From Polaromonas sp. (GTDB lineage: Bacteria; Pseudomonadota; Gammaproteobacteria; Burkholderiales; Burkholderiaceae_C), in contig NZ_DASQZG010000005.1 of the NCBI RefSeq assembly GCF_035638815.1, positions 11,613-75,612 of the forward strand: a stretch of DNA of 64,000 bases, read 5' to 3'. The translations under genes were made by a program, and so were the position numbers. This document shows, piece by piece, positions 37,460-47,359 of this stretch (its first letter is position 1; every line of letters starts with the position of its first letter). Below the pieces are notes generated by a model, which had not been told where the DNA came from, made no database searches, and saw only the letters and a list, made by a program, of their open reading frames with translations.

Positions 37460-39397
37460 ATGGCATCGCGTGACGACGACCGCTTCCGCATCCGGCCGGC
37501 TGCGCCAAAATCGCGCACTGGGCCGCGCTCGCAGCGTTTTGTGTCCCAGGTCCTCAAAGAAGTCTCTAAGGCCGGCGCGAAGGCTTCGGGCACCCGCGGC
37601 GGCCAGCCGGCCAACACCTTCGGGCGCGGGCGCGTCGCCTCTGGCATGGCCGGCCAACGCCTGCAGGCCAACGCCCGCCGCGTCATCATCAAGGCTCGTT
37701 TCGTCGTACTGAAAAAGGCCGGGGCCAACTCAGTGCCCACGCACCTGCGCTACATCGAACGTGATGGTGTCACGCGCGACGGCCAGAAGGGCCAGGCTTA
37801 CGGAAGTGACCGCGGCAAGGAAGTCAACACCGCCGATCTCAGGGCCTTCGAGGATCGCGGCAAGGGCGACCGCCATCAGTTCCGTTTCATCGTTTCGCCC
37901 GAGGATGCGGTGGAGATCGACGACCTGAGGGGCTACACCCGCCAGCTGATGTGGCGCATGGAAATCGATCTGGAGACACGACTGGACTGGGTGGCCGTGG
38001 ACCACTGGGACACCGACAACCCGCACACGCACGTCGTACTCAACGGCCGTGCTGCCGACGGGCAGGATCTCGTTATCGCGCCGCACTATCTGGCCCATGG
38101 AATGCGCATGCGTGCCAGCGAGATCGCGACCGAATGGCTCGGCCCGCGCACCGAAACCGAAATGCGCCAAAGCCTACAACGTGAAGTCGATCAGCAGCGC
38201 CTGACCGCCTTGGACAGGGCGCTCCTCAGGCAGGCCAGTATGAATATCGTAGATTTGAGCGGCTGCCGTTCGGAACCTCAACGGCAGAACGCACTGCGGG
38301 CACGGCTCCAGAGGCTCGAAGCCATGGATCTGGCCGAGCGCTTAGGTGCTAACCGCTGGCGGCTGGCGCCCGACCTGGGCCCCACGTTGGGAGCGATGGG
38401 TGAAAGGCAAGACGCCCTGGACGCTATGCGCCGCGCTTTGAAAGGTGAGCAGCGCGAACTGGTGGTGGATGACGCGCAGGGCAGCACCGTCGTCGGCCGT
38501 ATAGCTGGTAAAGGGCTTTACGACGAACTGAATGACAGAAGCTATGTGGTGGTCGATGGCATCGACGGACGCGCGCACTACCTTAGGCTGCCGTCTGGAA
38601 GCGACCTGTCCGCCTGGCCTTCTGGCGGCATCGTTGAGGCCGGGCCGGCGGTGCGGGAGCGTCCGGTGGACAGGGCGATCCTCACCGTTTCGCGTGAGGG
38701 GATATACCGCGTCTCGGACCACCTTGCGCAGTTGCCGGAGCATCCTCATGAAACGGTCGAGGTGCATGTTCGCCGGCTGGAAGCTCTTCGGCGTGGCGGC
38801 ATTGTCGAGCGTGCAGCCGATGGCGTTTGGCGGGTGCCGTCAGATTTTCTGGTGCGAGCACGGCAGCATGATGCGCGAAAAGCGGTTGGGCCCAACATCG
38901 AGCTGCGCTCACACTTGTCCATTGATCAACAGATGCAGGCGATCGGGGCCACTTGGTTGGACCGCCGGCTGATGGGTGGCGGTCAAGGCCAGGCGTCACG
39001 GGGTTTTGGGAAGCAGGTGCAGGACGCGCAGCAGCGGCGCGCGGAGTACCTGACGGAACAGGGCTTGGCTGAGCACCGTGGGCAGCGCCTAGTGCTCGCT
39101 CGCAATCTGTTGGCTACTCTACGCGACAGGGAACTGGCAACGGTAGGCCGCGAACTTCAGGCCAGCACGGGCCAGATCTATCGGCCACTTCGCGATGGCG
39201 AAGCTGTGAACGGCATTTATCAGCGCTCGATCCAACTGGCCAGCGGGCGATTCGCAATGCTGGACGACGGAATGGGCTTCAGCTTGGTCCCCTGGCGCCC
39301 ACTGATCGAGCAGCGACTTGGGCAGCACGTTTCGGCGCTCGTCCGGGGCTCTTCAGTTGATTGGACCTTGGGGCGCAAAATGGGTATTGGGAGATAG
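37460..39397 (+). CDS. MOB-P type relaxase (relaxase/mobilisation nuclease + DUF3363)
   Basis: ATG 37460. Histidine triad HWDTDNPHTHVVLNG; THLRYIERDGV. Confidence 0.85.
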   Translation: MASRDDDRFRIRPAAPKSRTGPRSQRFVSQVLKEVSKAGAKASGTRGGQPANTFGRGRVASGMAGQRLQANARRVIIKARFVVLKKAGANSVPTHLRYIERDGVTRDGQKGQAYGSDRGKEVNTADLRAFEDRGKGDRHQFRFIVSPEDAVEIDDLRGYTRQLMWRMEIDLETRLDWVAVDHWDTDNPHTHVVLNGRAADGQDLVIAPHYLAHGMRMRASEIATEWLGPRTETEMRQSLQREVDQQRLTALDRALLRQASMNIVDLSGCRSEPQRQNALRARLQRLEAMDLAERLGANRWRLAPDLGPTLGAMGERQDALDAMRRALKGEQRELVVDDAQGSTVVGRIAGKGLYDELNDRSYVVVDGIDGRAHYLRLPSGSDLSAWPSGGIVEAGPAVRERPVDRAILTVSREGIYRVSDHLAQLPEHPHETVEVHVRRLEALRRGGIVERAADGVWRVPSDFLVRARQHDARKAVGPNIELRSHLSIDQQMQAIGATWLDRRLMGGGQGQASRGFGKQVQDAQQRRAEYLTEQGLAEHRGQRLVLARNLLATLRDRELATVGRELQASTGQIYRPLRDGEAVNGIYQRSIQLASGRFAMLDDGMGFSLVPWRPLIEQRLGQHVSALVRGSSVDWTLGRKMGIGR

Positions 39398-39435
39398 CTC
39401 TCCATACGAAAAGCGAGGGCTTGGCAATGCGCTTG

Positions 39436-39722
39436 TCTCAAAGAAATTTCAGGCACTGCTACTGGTCAATGGCACAAATGCTGGTTCACCGCAGTGAAGG
39501 TGGTTGCGACTTGCGACCGGTCGATCTGTCGGAACAGGCACCCGGCAGTTGACACTTCCCAACGGGGAAACACGGACATTTCTTGAAAATGGAGACGCGT
39601 CATTAAAAGCTTGGGCGAAAGCTCAGGATGCAAAGTCGCTAGGTTTCGTCCCGTGCAATGGCACTGTCCCGCCTGCCATTTGGACCTCCACTCTGCTCTT
39701 AGGTTTGGTTTGGAGCGTCTAA
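39436..39722 (+). pseudogene. fahA: fumarylacetoacetase 3'-terminal remnant (frameshifted, internally deleted)
   Basis: Two frames carry NFRHCYWSMAQMLVHRSEGGCDLRPVDL and GTRQLTLPNGETRTFLENGD...LGFVPCNGTVPPA, which parallel the FAH C-terminus ([22 protein letters not shown] ... GQTRKFLLDGDEV ... GFGQCAGKVLPA). Confidence 0.7.
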
Positions 39723-40156
39723 CCCGCAACCAGCCGCGCATGCAGCGCTCGCACCGTCTCGCGCAGGTGCACAAGGTTCGCGCTGGCCATGCCGCAGGCG
39801 GTTTCAATCGCCTTGTTGACCTTGACAGCTTTAAGTTTCAGCTTTCGGCCCTCCGGCGTTAGGGTCAAGGCCAGGCTTCGGTCGTCGCCGGCCACGCGCA
39901 GGCGCAGCAGCAGGCCGTCGGCTTCCATGCGCTTGAGCACCGGCGTTAGCGAGCCCGATTCCTGGTACAGCGCGTCCGCCAGCGCCTTCACGGTGATGCC
40001 TTCACGCTCCCACAACACCAGCATGACCAGGTACTGTGGATAAGTCAGCCCGATCTCTTCGAGCAGCGGTTTGTAAACCTTGGTCATGGCGAGCGAGGTT
40101 GAATACAGGACGAAGCAGAGCTGTTCATCCAGGCGAAGAGGGTCTTTGATAGGCAT
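39719..40156 (-). CDS. MarR-family regulator, OhrR-like
   Basis: LDEQLCFVLYS (OhrR-type sensing Cys context), LTYPQYLVMLVLWE. Confidence 0.8.
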   Translation of the reverse strand: MPIKDPLRLDEQLCFVLYSTSLAMTKVYKPLLEEIGLTYPQYLVMLVLWEREGITVKALADALYQESGSLTPVLKRMEADGLLLRLRVAGDDRSLALTLTPEGRKLKLKAVKVNKAIETACGMASANLVHLRETVRALHARLVAG

Positions 40157-40351
40157 GGTCAGCGCATTCTACGGGTAAGCCCATATACATTGCGCGCTAA
40201 CGATTTGCGCACTAATAAAATTTGAGTTACTATGACAAGTCTTCGAACATAAACATTTTGACAATGTTCGAAGCAGGCGGGGCGTGACGGCCTCTTTTTT
40301 TGACACATATAGTTTGCGCAGTAATTAATTGCTCGCTATTTATATCAGGAG

Positions 40352-41380
40352 ATGAACTTGAAACCAATCACCCAATTTGTGGCCACGGCCATGCTCGGTC
40401 TGGCCGCATCGTGCAGCCTAGCCGCTGGCAGTCCCGGTGTTGAACACAACACCCAGGCGTTCTTGCAGGCGCTCGCCTCCGGCGGAGGAAAGCCGCTGGA
40501 ACAGCTATCGGTGCCCGAAGCTCGCGGCGTGCTGGTCGGCGCGCAGGCGGGCGTCAAGCTTGAGCTGCCTAAGGCTGAAGTCCAGGAGCGCACCATCACG
40601 GCCGACGGAAAAAAGATCAGCCTGACCATCGTCCGGCCAGCCGGCGCCGCCGGCAAGAAACTGCCTGCTTTCATGTTCTTCCACGGTGGCGGCTGGGTGC
40701 TGGGCGACTTCCCCACGCATGAGCGGCTGGTGCGTGACCTGGTGGCCGGTTCCGGCGCCGTAGCTGTGTTCGTCAACTACACACCGTCACCCGAAGCACG
40801 CTACCCGACCGCGATCAACGAGGCCTACGCCGCGACCAAGTGGGTCGCCGAAAACGGTGCCCAGATCAATGTTGACGGCAGCCGCCTGGCGGTGGCCGGC
40901 AACAGCGTCGGCGGCAACATGGCGGCTGTCGTGAGCCTGATGGCCAAGGAAAAGGGCGGGCCAAAGATCAAGTACCAGTTGCTGCTGTGGCCGGTGACCG
41001 ACGCGAACTTCGAGAACGCCTCCTACAAGCAGTTCGGGGAAGGGCACTTCCTCACGCGCAACATGATGAAGTGGTTCTGGGACAACTACACCACTGACGC
41101 CGCCAAGCGCCGCGAGATCTATGCATCGCCGTTGCAAGCAACCACCGAGCAGTTGAAGGGCCTGCCGCCAACACTCATCCAGTCGGCCGAGTTCGATGTG
41201 CTGCGCGACGAGGGCGAGGCCTATGGCCGCAAGCTCGACGCCGCCGGTGTGCCCGTCACGGTCACGCGCTACAACGGCATGATTCACGACTTCGGCCTGC
41301 TCAACTTGCTAAGCGGCGTGCCCGGCACTCGCTCGGCCATGCTGCAAGCCTCCGAAGAGCTGAAGAAGCACCTGCGCTAA
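40352..41380 (+). CDS. secreted alpha/beta hydrolase (HSL-family esterase/lipase)
   Basis: Signal peptide, oxyanion FFHGGGW, nucleophile elbow GNSVGG, C-terminal DVLRDEG and HDF. Confidence 0.8.
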   Translation: MNLKPITQFVATAMLGLAASCSLAAGSPGVEHNTQAFLQALASGGGKPLEQLSVPEARGVLVGAQAGVKLELPKAEVQERTITADGKKISLTIVRPAGAAGKKLPAFMFFHGGGWVLGDFPTHERLVRDLVAGSGAVAVFVNYTPSPEARYPTAINEAYAATKWVAENGAQINVDGSRLAVAGNSVGGNMAAVVSLMAKEKGGPKIKYQLLLWPVTDANFENASYKQFGEGHFLTRNMMKWFWDNYTTDAAKRREIYASPLQATTEQLKGLPPTLIQSAEFDVLRDEGEAYGRKLDAAGVPVTVTRYNGMIHDFGLLNLLSGVPGTRSAMLQASEELKKHLR

Positions 41381-42096
41381 TCCCCGCGGCCCGTCCATCC
41401 CACGGAGAGACAAACCTTGATGTACCTGGAGATGGGTGCGGGCCGCGCGGCCGCTGTGGCAGTTACTCAGCCTGGGCTTGTTGATCGGGCCCGTGTCCAC
41501 CCTCAAACCCAGGACCAAGCTGCTGAGCTCGACCCAGCTTAACGCTATCGGGCCATCGTGGGTGTGGCCACCGCCAGGGCGGAGGATCTGGGGTTTGCCG
41601 CGCGCATGTGGGTTCAGCCGCAGATCCAACGCGCGCGGACCCTGCCCGACCTTGCAGGAGTTGCGGGCCTGTTGTGCAAGCGGCTCGCCAGCACGCCGCT
41701 CATGGCCTTACGCCTGAGCAAGTTGCGCCAATTAGCCGGCGATAGTCTTTGACACTCGAATCCGCAGGACCCATGCGGCGTGCATACAGAGGTTCTTCCT
41801 CTGCCAATTCGGGGCAAAGCGACATGGCTCACTTGGCTATTCGCCGGAGATCCCGATGAAGATCGGTCTCGTGCCACGACGTAGCCTCACGCCACTTTTC
41901 CTATCCAGAAGCAATCTGCGAATTCGAGCAAGGCTGGTGATCGCATCCTTCAAAAGGCGAAGGGCAAGTTCAAAATAATTTCCTGAAGGAGTAAAACTAT
42001 GAGCAACACCGTCCCTAAGGTCACACTTACACTGTCCCACCATTGCCACTTCCAGCTCCTCCGCGCACTGTTCGACAGTCACGCGGCGAGGCGACA

Positions 42097-42984
42097 ATGA
42101 TTGAGCTGCGACACCTGCGCTACTTCGTCGCCGTTGCCGAGGAGCTCAATTTTCGCCGTGCCGCCGAGCGCGTGCATATCGACCAGACCCCGCTGTCGCG
42201 CGCCATCCGCGACCTGGAAGACCAACTTGAGGTGCAGCTGTTCGTGCGAGCGCCGCGCAAGCTGCACATGACGCCGGCCGGGGTACGGCTGCTCAAGGAG
42301 GCGCGCAAGGTCTTCATTCGGATCGACCGCACATTTCGCGCCGTGCGAGATGTCGATGCCCGCTTTCGCGCCCCGCTGCGCATCGGAATCGCCGATGGCA
42401 TCGCGCAGCCCAAACTTTGCGAGTGCTTCGTCCGCTGGCGTGAAGTGGCTCCGGAGACCCCATTGGAGCTGACCGAAATGCGAGCCTCGGAACTGGCGGA
42501 CGCGCTGGAGCGCGAAGAGATTGACGCGGGCTTCTCGTTCGGCCTGCCGAATGGCGATGCAATCTTGGAGGAACTCGCGTGGAGTTATCCCGTCATGGCG
42601 CTGCTCCCCGCCGGACACGAACTTGCGTCGCAAAGCCGGCTTGCGCTCACTGATGTGCTTTCTTTTCCACTGCTATCCTGTCATGCTGATCGGCAGCCCG
42701 GCTTGCTGCAGCAGATTAGCGCCATCGTGCAGCGGTACACAACGACACCGACACTAGCCGGTGAAGCCGGAACACTCTCGGGCTACATCACCCGCATCGC
42801 AGCCGGCATGGGGGTCGGGCTGGGGGACGCAGGCCATGTTGCCGCGCTGCGTCGTACCGACGTGGTAGCCGTGCCGCTACGTGAGGACGAGTGGATCGCC
42901 ACCTACGTGCTGCACAAGCACCAGCGGTTCGGGATACCAGGGAATCTGCAACGTTTCGTTGCCCATAGCAAAACTTTGCGTTGA
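42097..42984 (+). CDS. LysR-family transcriptional regulator
   Basis: MIELRHLRYFVAVAEELNFRRAAERVHIDQTPLSRAIRDLE. Confidence 0.85.
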   Translation: MIELRHLRYFVAVAEELNFRRAAERVHIDQTPLSRAIRDLEDQLEVQLFVRAPRKLHMTPAGVRLLKEARKVFIRIDRTFRAVRDVDARFRAPLRIGIADGIAQPKLCECFVRWREVAPETPLELTEMRASELADALEREEIDAGFSFGLPNGDAILEELAWSYPVMALLPAGHELASQSRLALTDVLSFPLLSCHADRQPGLLQQISAIVQRYTTTPTLAGEAGTLSGYITRIAAGMGVGLGDAGHVAALRRTDVVAVPLREDEWIATYVLHKHQRFGIPGNLQRFVAHSKTLR

Positions 42985-43250
42985 TTGTTACTGCTGTCGC
43001 GCGCGCCAGGTATAGCGCAGCGGCATCGGCCGTGGACATATAGCGCGGGACTTGCAATGCTATAGCCGCGGCTGAGTCTCGGGTTGGCTTGCATTTATCC
43101 AGTCCGAGGCGGCGATTTCCGCCAGCACACTCCTCACCACGCTCCTTCGCGCCCCGATGGGTGGACGGTTTGGCGATGCGATTCCAGACTCAGGAAGCGG
43201 TGTCGTTTTGGCACGCGCGCTGGAATCAATACGCGAAGGAGTTGTCGCCT

Positions 43251-45266
43251 ATGTCGACACGGGGTACGACCGGAATCTTGTTCGGGCAGATTGTCGTGGT
43301 GGCGGCCGTTGCCTTGGGCGGCGTTTGGACGGGCACGCAGTGGACGGCGCACGCCTTAGGCTACCAAGCGCGGCTTGGCCCTCTGTGGTTCGAAGTTTAC
43401 GGCGTGCCTGTCTATGAACCTTGGAAGTTGTTCGAGTGGTGGTACTTCTTCGACGCCTACGCACCTCAGGTGTTCGAGCACGGCGGGATCATCGCCGCCT
43501 CAAGCGGGATGCTCGCCACAGCAACGTCTATCGGCATGGCAGTGTGGCGTTCACGCCTTGCGAAGCAGGTCACGACTTACGGCTCGGCGCGCTGGGCCGA
43601 ACGTCAAGAGATCGTCAAGGCCGGGCTGACTCAATCTGCCGGGGTGCTCCTCGGCAAGACCGCGCACAAGGAGGTCGACTACCTGCGCCACGAAGGTCCG
43701 GAGCACGTGATGGCATTTGCGCCAACGCGATCCGGCAAGGGCGTTGGCTTGGTGGTACCGACCCTGCTTTCCTGGCCGGGTTCAGCCGTGATTCACGACA
43801 TCAAGGGCGAGAACTGGAACCTAACCGCCGGATGGCGCTCGCGGTTCTCGCATTGCCTCTTGTTCAATCCGACCGATGCGAGGTCGGCCACGTACAACCC
43901 GCTGCTCGAAGTTCGGCGTGGCATGCACGAAGTGCGCGACGTGCAGAACATCGCCGACATCCTGGTCGATCCCGAAGGTGCATTGGAACGGCGCAACCAC
44001 TGGGAGAAGACCAGCCATGCCCTGCTGGTCGGTGCCATCCTGCACGTTCTCTACGCCGGCGAAGACAAAACGCTGCGCGGCGTCGCCAATTTCCTGTCCG
44101 ATCCGGCGTGCCCATTCGAGGTGACGCTGCACCGGATGATGACCACCGGGCATCTGGGTAGAGATGGGGAGGATGGGGTTCATCCCGTCGTCGCTTCCGC
44201 AGCGCGCGAAGTGCTCAACAAGAGCGACAACGAACGTTCGGGTGTGCTGTCCACCGCAATGAGCTTCTTGGGCCTGTACCGTGACCCCACGGTGGCAGAA
44301 GTCACGTCGCGCTGCGATTGGCGCATCGCCGATCTGATCTCAGCGTCGCACCCCGTCTCGCTCTATCTGGTCGTGCCGCCCTCCGACATCAGCCGCACCA
44401 AGCCGCTGATCCGGCTGATTCTTAATCAGATCGGCCGGCGCCTGACCGAATCCCTGGACGGCTCGGACGGCATCCCCCGCAAACACAAGCTGCTGTTGAT
44501 GCTCGACGAGTTCCCAGCGCTCGGCCGGATGGACTTCTTCGAGAGCGCCCTTGCCTTCATGGCGGGCTACGGACTGCGTGCTTTCCTGATCGCACAGTCC
44601 CTCAACCAGATCGACAAGGCCTACGGCCCGAACCATTCCATCCTGGACAACTGCCACGTGCGCATCGCATTCGCAACGAACGACGAGCGCACGGCCAAGC
44701 GCATCTCCGAGGCGCTGGGGACAGCGACCGAGCTGCGCGCCCAGCGCAATTACGCCGGCCATCGGCTCGCGCCTTGGCTCGGGCATCTGATGGTTTCGCG
44801 CCAGGAAACGGCCCGGCCCCTGCTGACGCCAGGCGAGGTGATGCAACTGCCGCCCGACGATGCGGTGGTGATGGTCTCGGGCCATCCGCCCATCAAGGCG
44901 AAGAAGCTGCGCTACTACCAGGATCGGAACTTCACCCAGCGCGTCCTGCCTGCACCCGTGCTGGCTGCGGGCGTCTACGAGGACCGTCCTGCTGCACGGC
45001 CTGACGATTGGAGCGGACTGCCGACCCGGACAGCTCTGCGGGATTCGTCTGTCCCTGATGGCGGTGGCCTTATCGACGAGGGTGGCCACCAGCTCAAACC
45101 CGAGCTGGATGTCGCTGCCGATGCGCCGTCGCTTCCAGACGCCGACGGCCTGTTGGTGCTGGATGACGAAGACGATGCGCCGCTTCGGCCGCAGGATGTA
45201 GACCGGCAACTGATGCGTACCGCGCGCCTGGCCGCACTGGACCCTGATGACGGGATCGCGTTATGA
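43251..45266 (+). CDS. traG: type IV coupling protein TraG/VirD4
   Basis: ATG 43251 after AAGGAG. Walker A APTRSGKG, Walker B LLLMLDEF. Confidence 0.9.
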   Translation: MSTRGTTGILFGQIVVVAAVALGGVWTGTQWTAHALGYQARLGPLWFEVYGVPVYEPWKLFEWWYFFDAYAPQVFEHGGIIAASSGMLATATSIGMAVWRSRLAKQVTTYGSARWAERQEIVKAGLTQSAGVLLGKTAHKEVDYLRHEGPEHVMAFAPTRSGKGVGLVVPTLLSWPGSAVIHDIKGENWNLTAGWRSRFSHCLLFNPTDARSATYNPLLEVRRGMHEVRDVQNIADILVDPEGALERRNHWEKTSHALLVGAILHVLYAGEDKTLRGVANFLSDPACPFEVTLHRMMTTGHLGRDGEDGVHPVVASAAREVLNKSDNERSGVLSTAMSFLGLYRDPTVAEVTSRCDWRIADLISASHPVSLYLVVPPSDISRTKPLIRLILNQIGRRLTESLDGSDGIPRKHKLLLMLDEFPALGRMDFFESALAFMAGYGLRAFLIAQSLNQIDKAYGPNHSILDNCHVRIAFATNDERTAKRISEALGTATELRAQRNYAGHRLAPWLGHLMVSRQETARPLLTPGEVMQLPPDDAVVMVSGHPPIKAKKLRYYQDRNFTQRVLPAPVLAAGVYEDRPAARPDDWSGLPTRTALRDSSVPDGGGLIDEGGHQLKPELDVAADAPSLPDADGLLVLDDEDDAPLRPQDVDRQLMRTARLAALDPDDGIAL

Positions 45267-45751
45267 CCCGCGCCCGCCTGAACATTTTCATCGAGCCGGA
45301 CCATGCAAAGCGGCTGGACCAAGTCGCGGCGCACAAGGGCGTGTCGAAGTCCGCCGTGATCGCCGCCGCGTTGGCGTCATTCCTCTCACCTGATGGCGCC
45401 GACCAGCGCGAGGCCGCCATTGCCAAGCGCTTGGACCGGCTGTCGCGCCAGTTCGACCGGCTGGAGCGCGACCAGAACGTGCTGATCGAAACGGTGGCGC
45501 TTTACATCCGCTACTTCCTAACGGTCTCGATCCCTGTGCCCGAAGGGCAGCAGGAGGCGGCACGCGCGCAGGGCCGGGCCCGATACGTGCAGTTCATCGA
45601 ACAGCTGGCGCGCCACATTCAGCGTGGGCGCAGCCTTGTGCGCGAAGTCCATGAAGACATCGGCCCCGCTGAAGGCGCCGAACCAACGCAGCCTGGCGCT
45701 CAGGCAGGGCCTGGTGCCGACACTGAGGAGATTCAACGTGAATCTGCCTGA
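45263..45751 (+). CDS. CopG/RHH-family protein
   Basis: ATGA overlap with traG. N-terminal RLNIFIEPDHAKRLDQVAAHKGVSKSAVIAAAL. Confidence 0.65.
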   Translation: MTRARLNIFIEPDHAKRLDQVAAHKGVSKSAVIAAALASFLSPDGADQREAAIAKRLDRLSRQFDRLERDQNVLIETVALYIRYFLTVSIPVPEGQQEAARAQGRARYVQFIEQLARHIQRGRSLVREVHEDIGPAEGAEPTQPGAQAGPGADTEEIQRESA

Positions 45752-46757
45752 GCCTATCGCCAAGGACGCCTCGTTGGAACGGCGCATCCGCATGCTGCGG
45801 ACGGCCATGGGGCCGGAGATCGCGGCAGCGTTGGAGGACCCGGAGGTGGTCGAAGTCCTGCTGAATCCCGATGGCTCGCTATGGGTGGATCGTCTGGGTA
45901 CGGGGCGCGAGCCGACCGGGACTGCGCTGCCGCCGGCCGTGGCCGAACGGATCATCCGCCTGGTGGCCGCGCACGTGCGCACCGAGGTGCATGCGGGCGC
46001 GCCAATCCTGTCGGCCGAGCTGCCGGAAACCGGAGAACGCTTCCTGGGCGTGCTGCCGCCTGTCGTGCGCGCGCCGTCCTTTGCGATCCGCAAGCGGGCG
46101 CTGCGCATCATGACGCTGGCGCACTACGTGGCCGATGGCGTGATGACCGAGGACCAGGCAGCGTTCCTGCGCCGCGCGGTACGCGAGCGCCTGAACATCG
46201 TCATCGCGGGCGGCACCAGCACCGGCAAGACGACGCTGGCCAATGCCTTGCTCGACGAGATTGCCGAGACGCGCGACCGGGTGTTGATCCTTGAAGACAC
46301 GGTGGAGTTGCAGTGCCGCAGCGACGACCACGTGGGTATGCGTACCGAACCGGGTGTGAGCAACATGGCCGATCTGGTGCGTGCCACGCTGCGGCTGCGG
46401 CCGGACCGCATTGTCGTCGGCGAGGTGCGCGGCTCCGAAGCACTCGACCTGCTCAAGGCCTGGGGTACCGGGCATCCCGGCGGCATTGCCACCGTGCATG
46501 CCGGCTCCGCACACGGCGCGCTGACGCGACTGGAGCAACTGGTGCAGGAAATCAGCGTGACGGTGCCACGCGCCCTGATCGCCGAGGCTGTCAACGTCAT
46601 TGTCTTCATCGCCGGCCGCGGCCGTGCGCGCCACGTGCGCGAGATCGCCCGCGTCATCGGCCACGACAGCCACGGCTACCAGCTCAGCACCGAGCTGCTG
46701 TCTGTCTTCCCGTCCCTTCTTTCATCCATCCCTTCCACCACCGGAGAAACTTCATGA
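45738..46757 (+). CDS. trbB: VirB11-family ATPase TrbB
   Basis: GTG 45738. Walker A GGTSTGKTT, ILEDTVEL, GHPGGIATVHA. Confidence 0.85.
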   Translation: MNLPEPIAKDASLERRIRMLRTAMGPEIAAALEDPEVVEVLLNPDGSLWVDRLGTGREPTGTALPPAVAERIIRLVAAHVRTEVHAGAPILSAELPETGERFLGVLPPVVRAPSFAIRKRALRIMTLAHYVADGVMTEDQAAFLRRAVRERLNIVIAGGTSTGKTTLANALLDEIAETRDRVLILEDTVELQCRSDDHVGMRTEPGVSNMADLVRATLRLRPDRIVVGEVRGSEALDLLKAWGTGHPGGIATVHAGSAHGALTRLEQLVQEISVTVPRALIAEAVNVIVFIAGRGRARHVREIARVIGHDSHGYQLSTELLSVFPSLLSSIPSTTGETS

Positions 46758-47083
46758 CGACTTCACGCCTTTCCGTAAAACCGCTTCTGCACGTCGCCGC
46801 CGCAGCGCTGCTGCTAGCCGTGGCCCTGCCCGCGCAGGCGGCCGGCTCGAACATGCCTTGGGAAGCACCGCTGCAATCGGTGCTCGAATCCATCCAGGGG
46901 CCGGTGGCACGGATCATCGCGGTGATCGTCATCATCTCGACGGGCCTCGCTCTGGCCTTTGGCGATACCAGCGGCGGTTTCCGCAAGCTAATCCAGATCG
47001 TGTTCGGTCTGTCGATCGCCTTCGCCGCGTCCAGCTTCTTCCTGACCTTCTTCAGCTTCACGGGTGGGGCGGTGCTGGCATGA
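46754..47083 (+). CDS. trbC: pilin-like TrbC (VirB2 family)
   Basis: ATGA overlap. Signal peptide and two hydrophobic helices. Confidence 0.8.
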   Translation: MTTSRLSVKPLLHVAAAALLLAVALPAQAAGSNMPWEAPLQSVLESIQGPVARIIAVIVIISTGLALAFGDTSGGFRKLIQIVFGLSIAFAASSFFLTFFSFTGGAVLA

Positions 47084-47352
47084 GCGCGGCGCCCGGAACC
47101 ATCGCCGGCTTTGAAGTGCCGCTGCACCGTTCGCTGACCGAACCCATCCTGCTGGGCGGGGCGCCTCGCACCGTGGCGATTGCCAACGGCACGCTGGCCG
47201 CCGCCGTCGGGCTCGGGTTGCAGCTTTGGCTGCCCGGCCTGGTGCTGTGGATCGTCGGGCATTCGCTGGCCGTCTGGGGTGCGCGCCTCGACCCGCAGTT
47301 CATGCAGGTCTTCTCACGGCATATCAAGCACCGGCAGTTGCTGGACGTGTGA
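47080..47352 (+). CDS. trbD: TrbD (VirB3 family)
   Basis: ATGA overlap. PLHRSLTEPILLGGAPR motif. Confidence 0.8.
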   Translation: MSAAPGTIAGFEVPLHRSLTEPILLGGAPRTVAIANGTLAAAVGLGLQLWLPGLVLWIVGHSLAVWGARLDPQFMQVFSRHIKHRQLLDV

Positions 47353-47359
47353 GGTTGCC

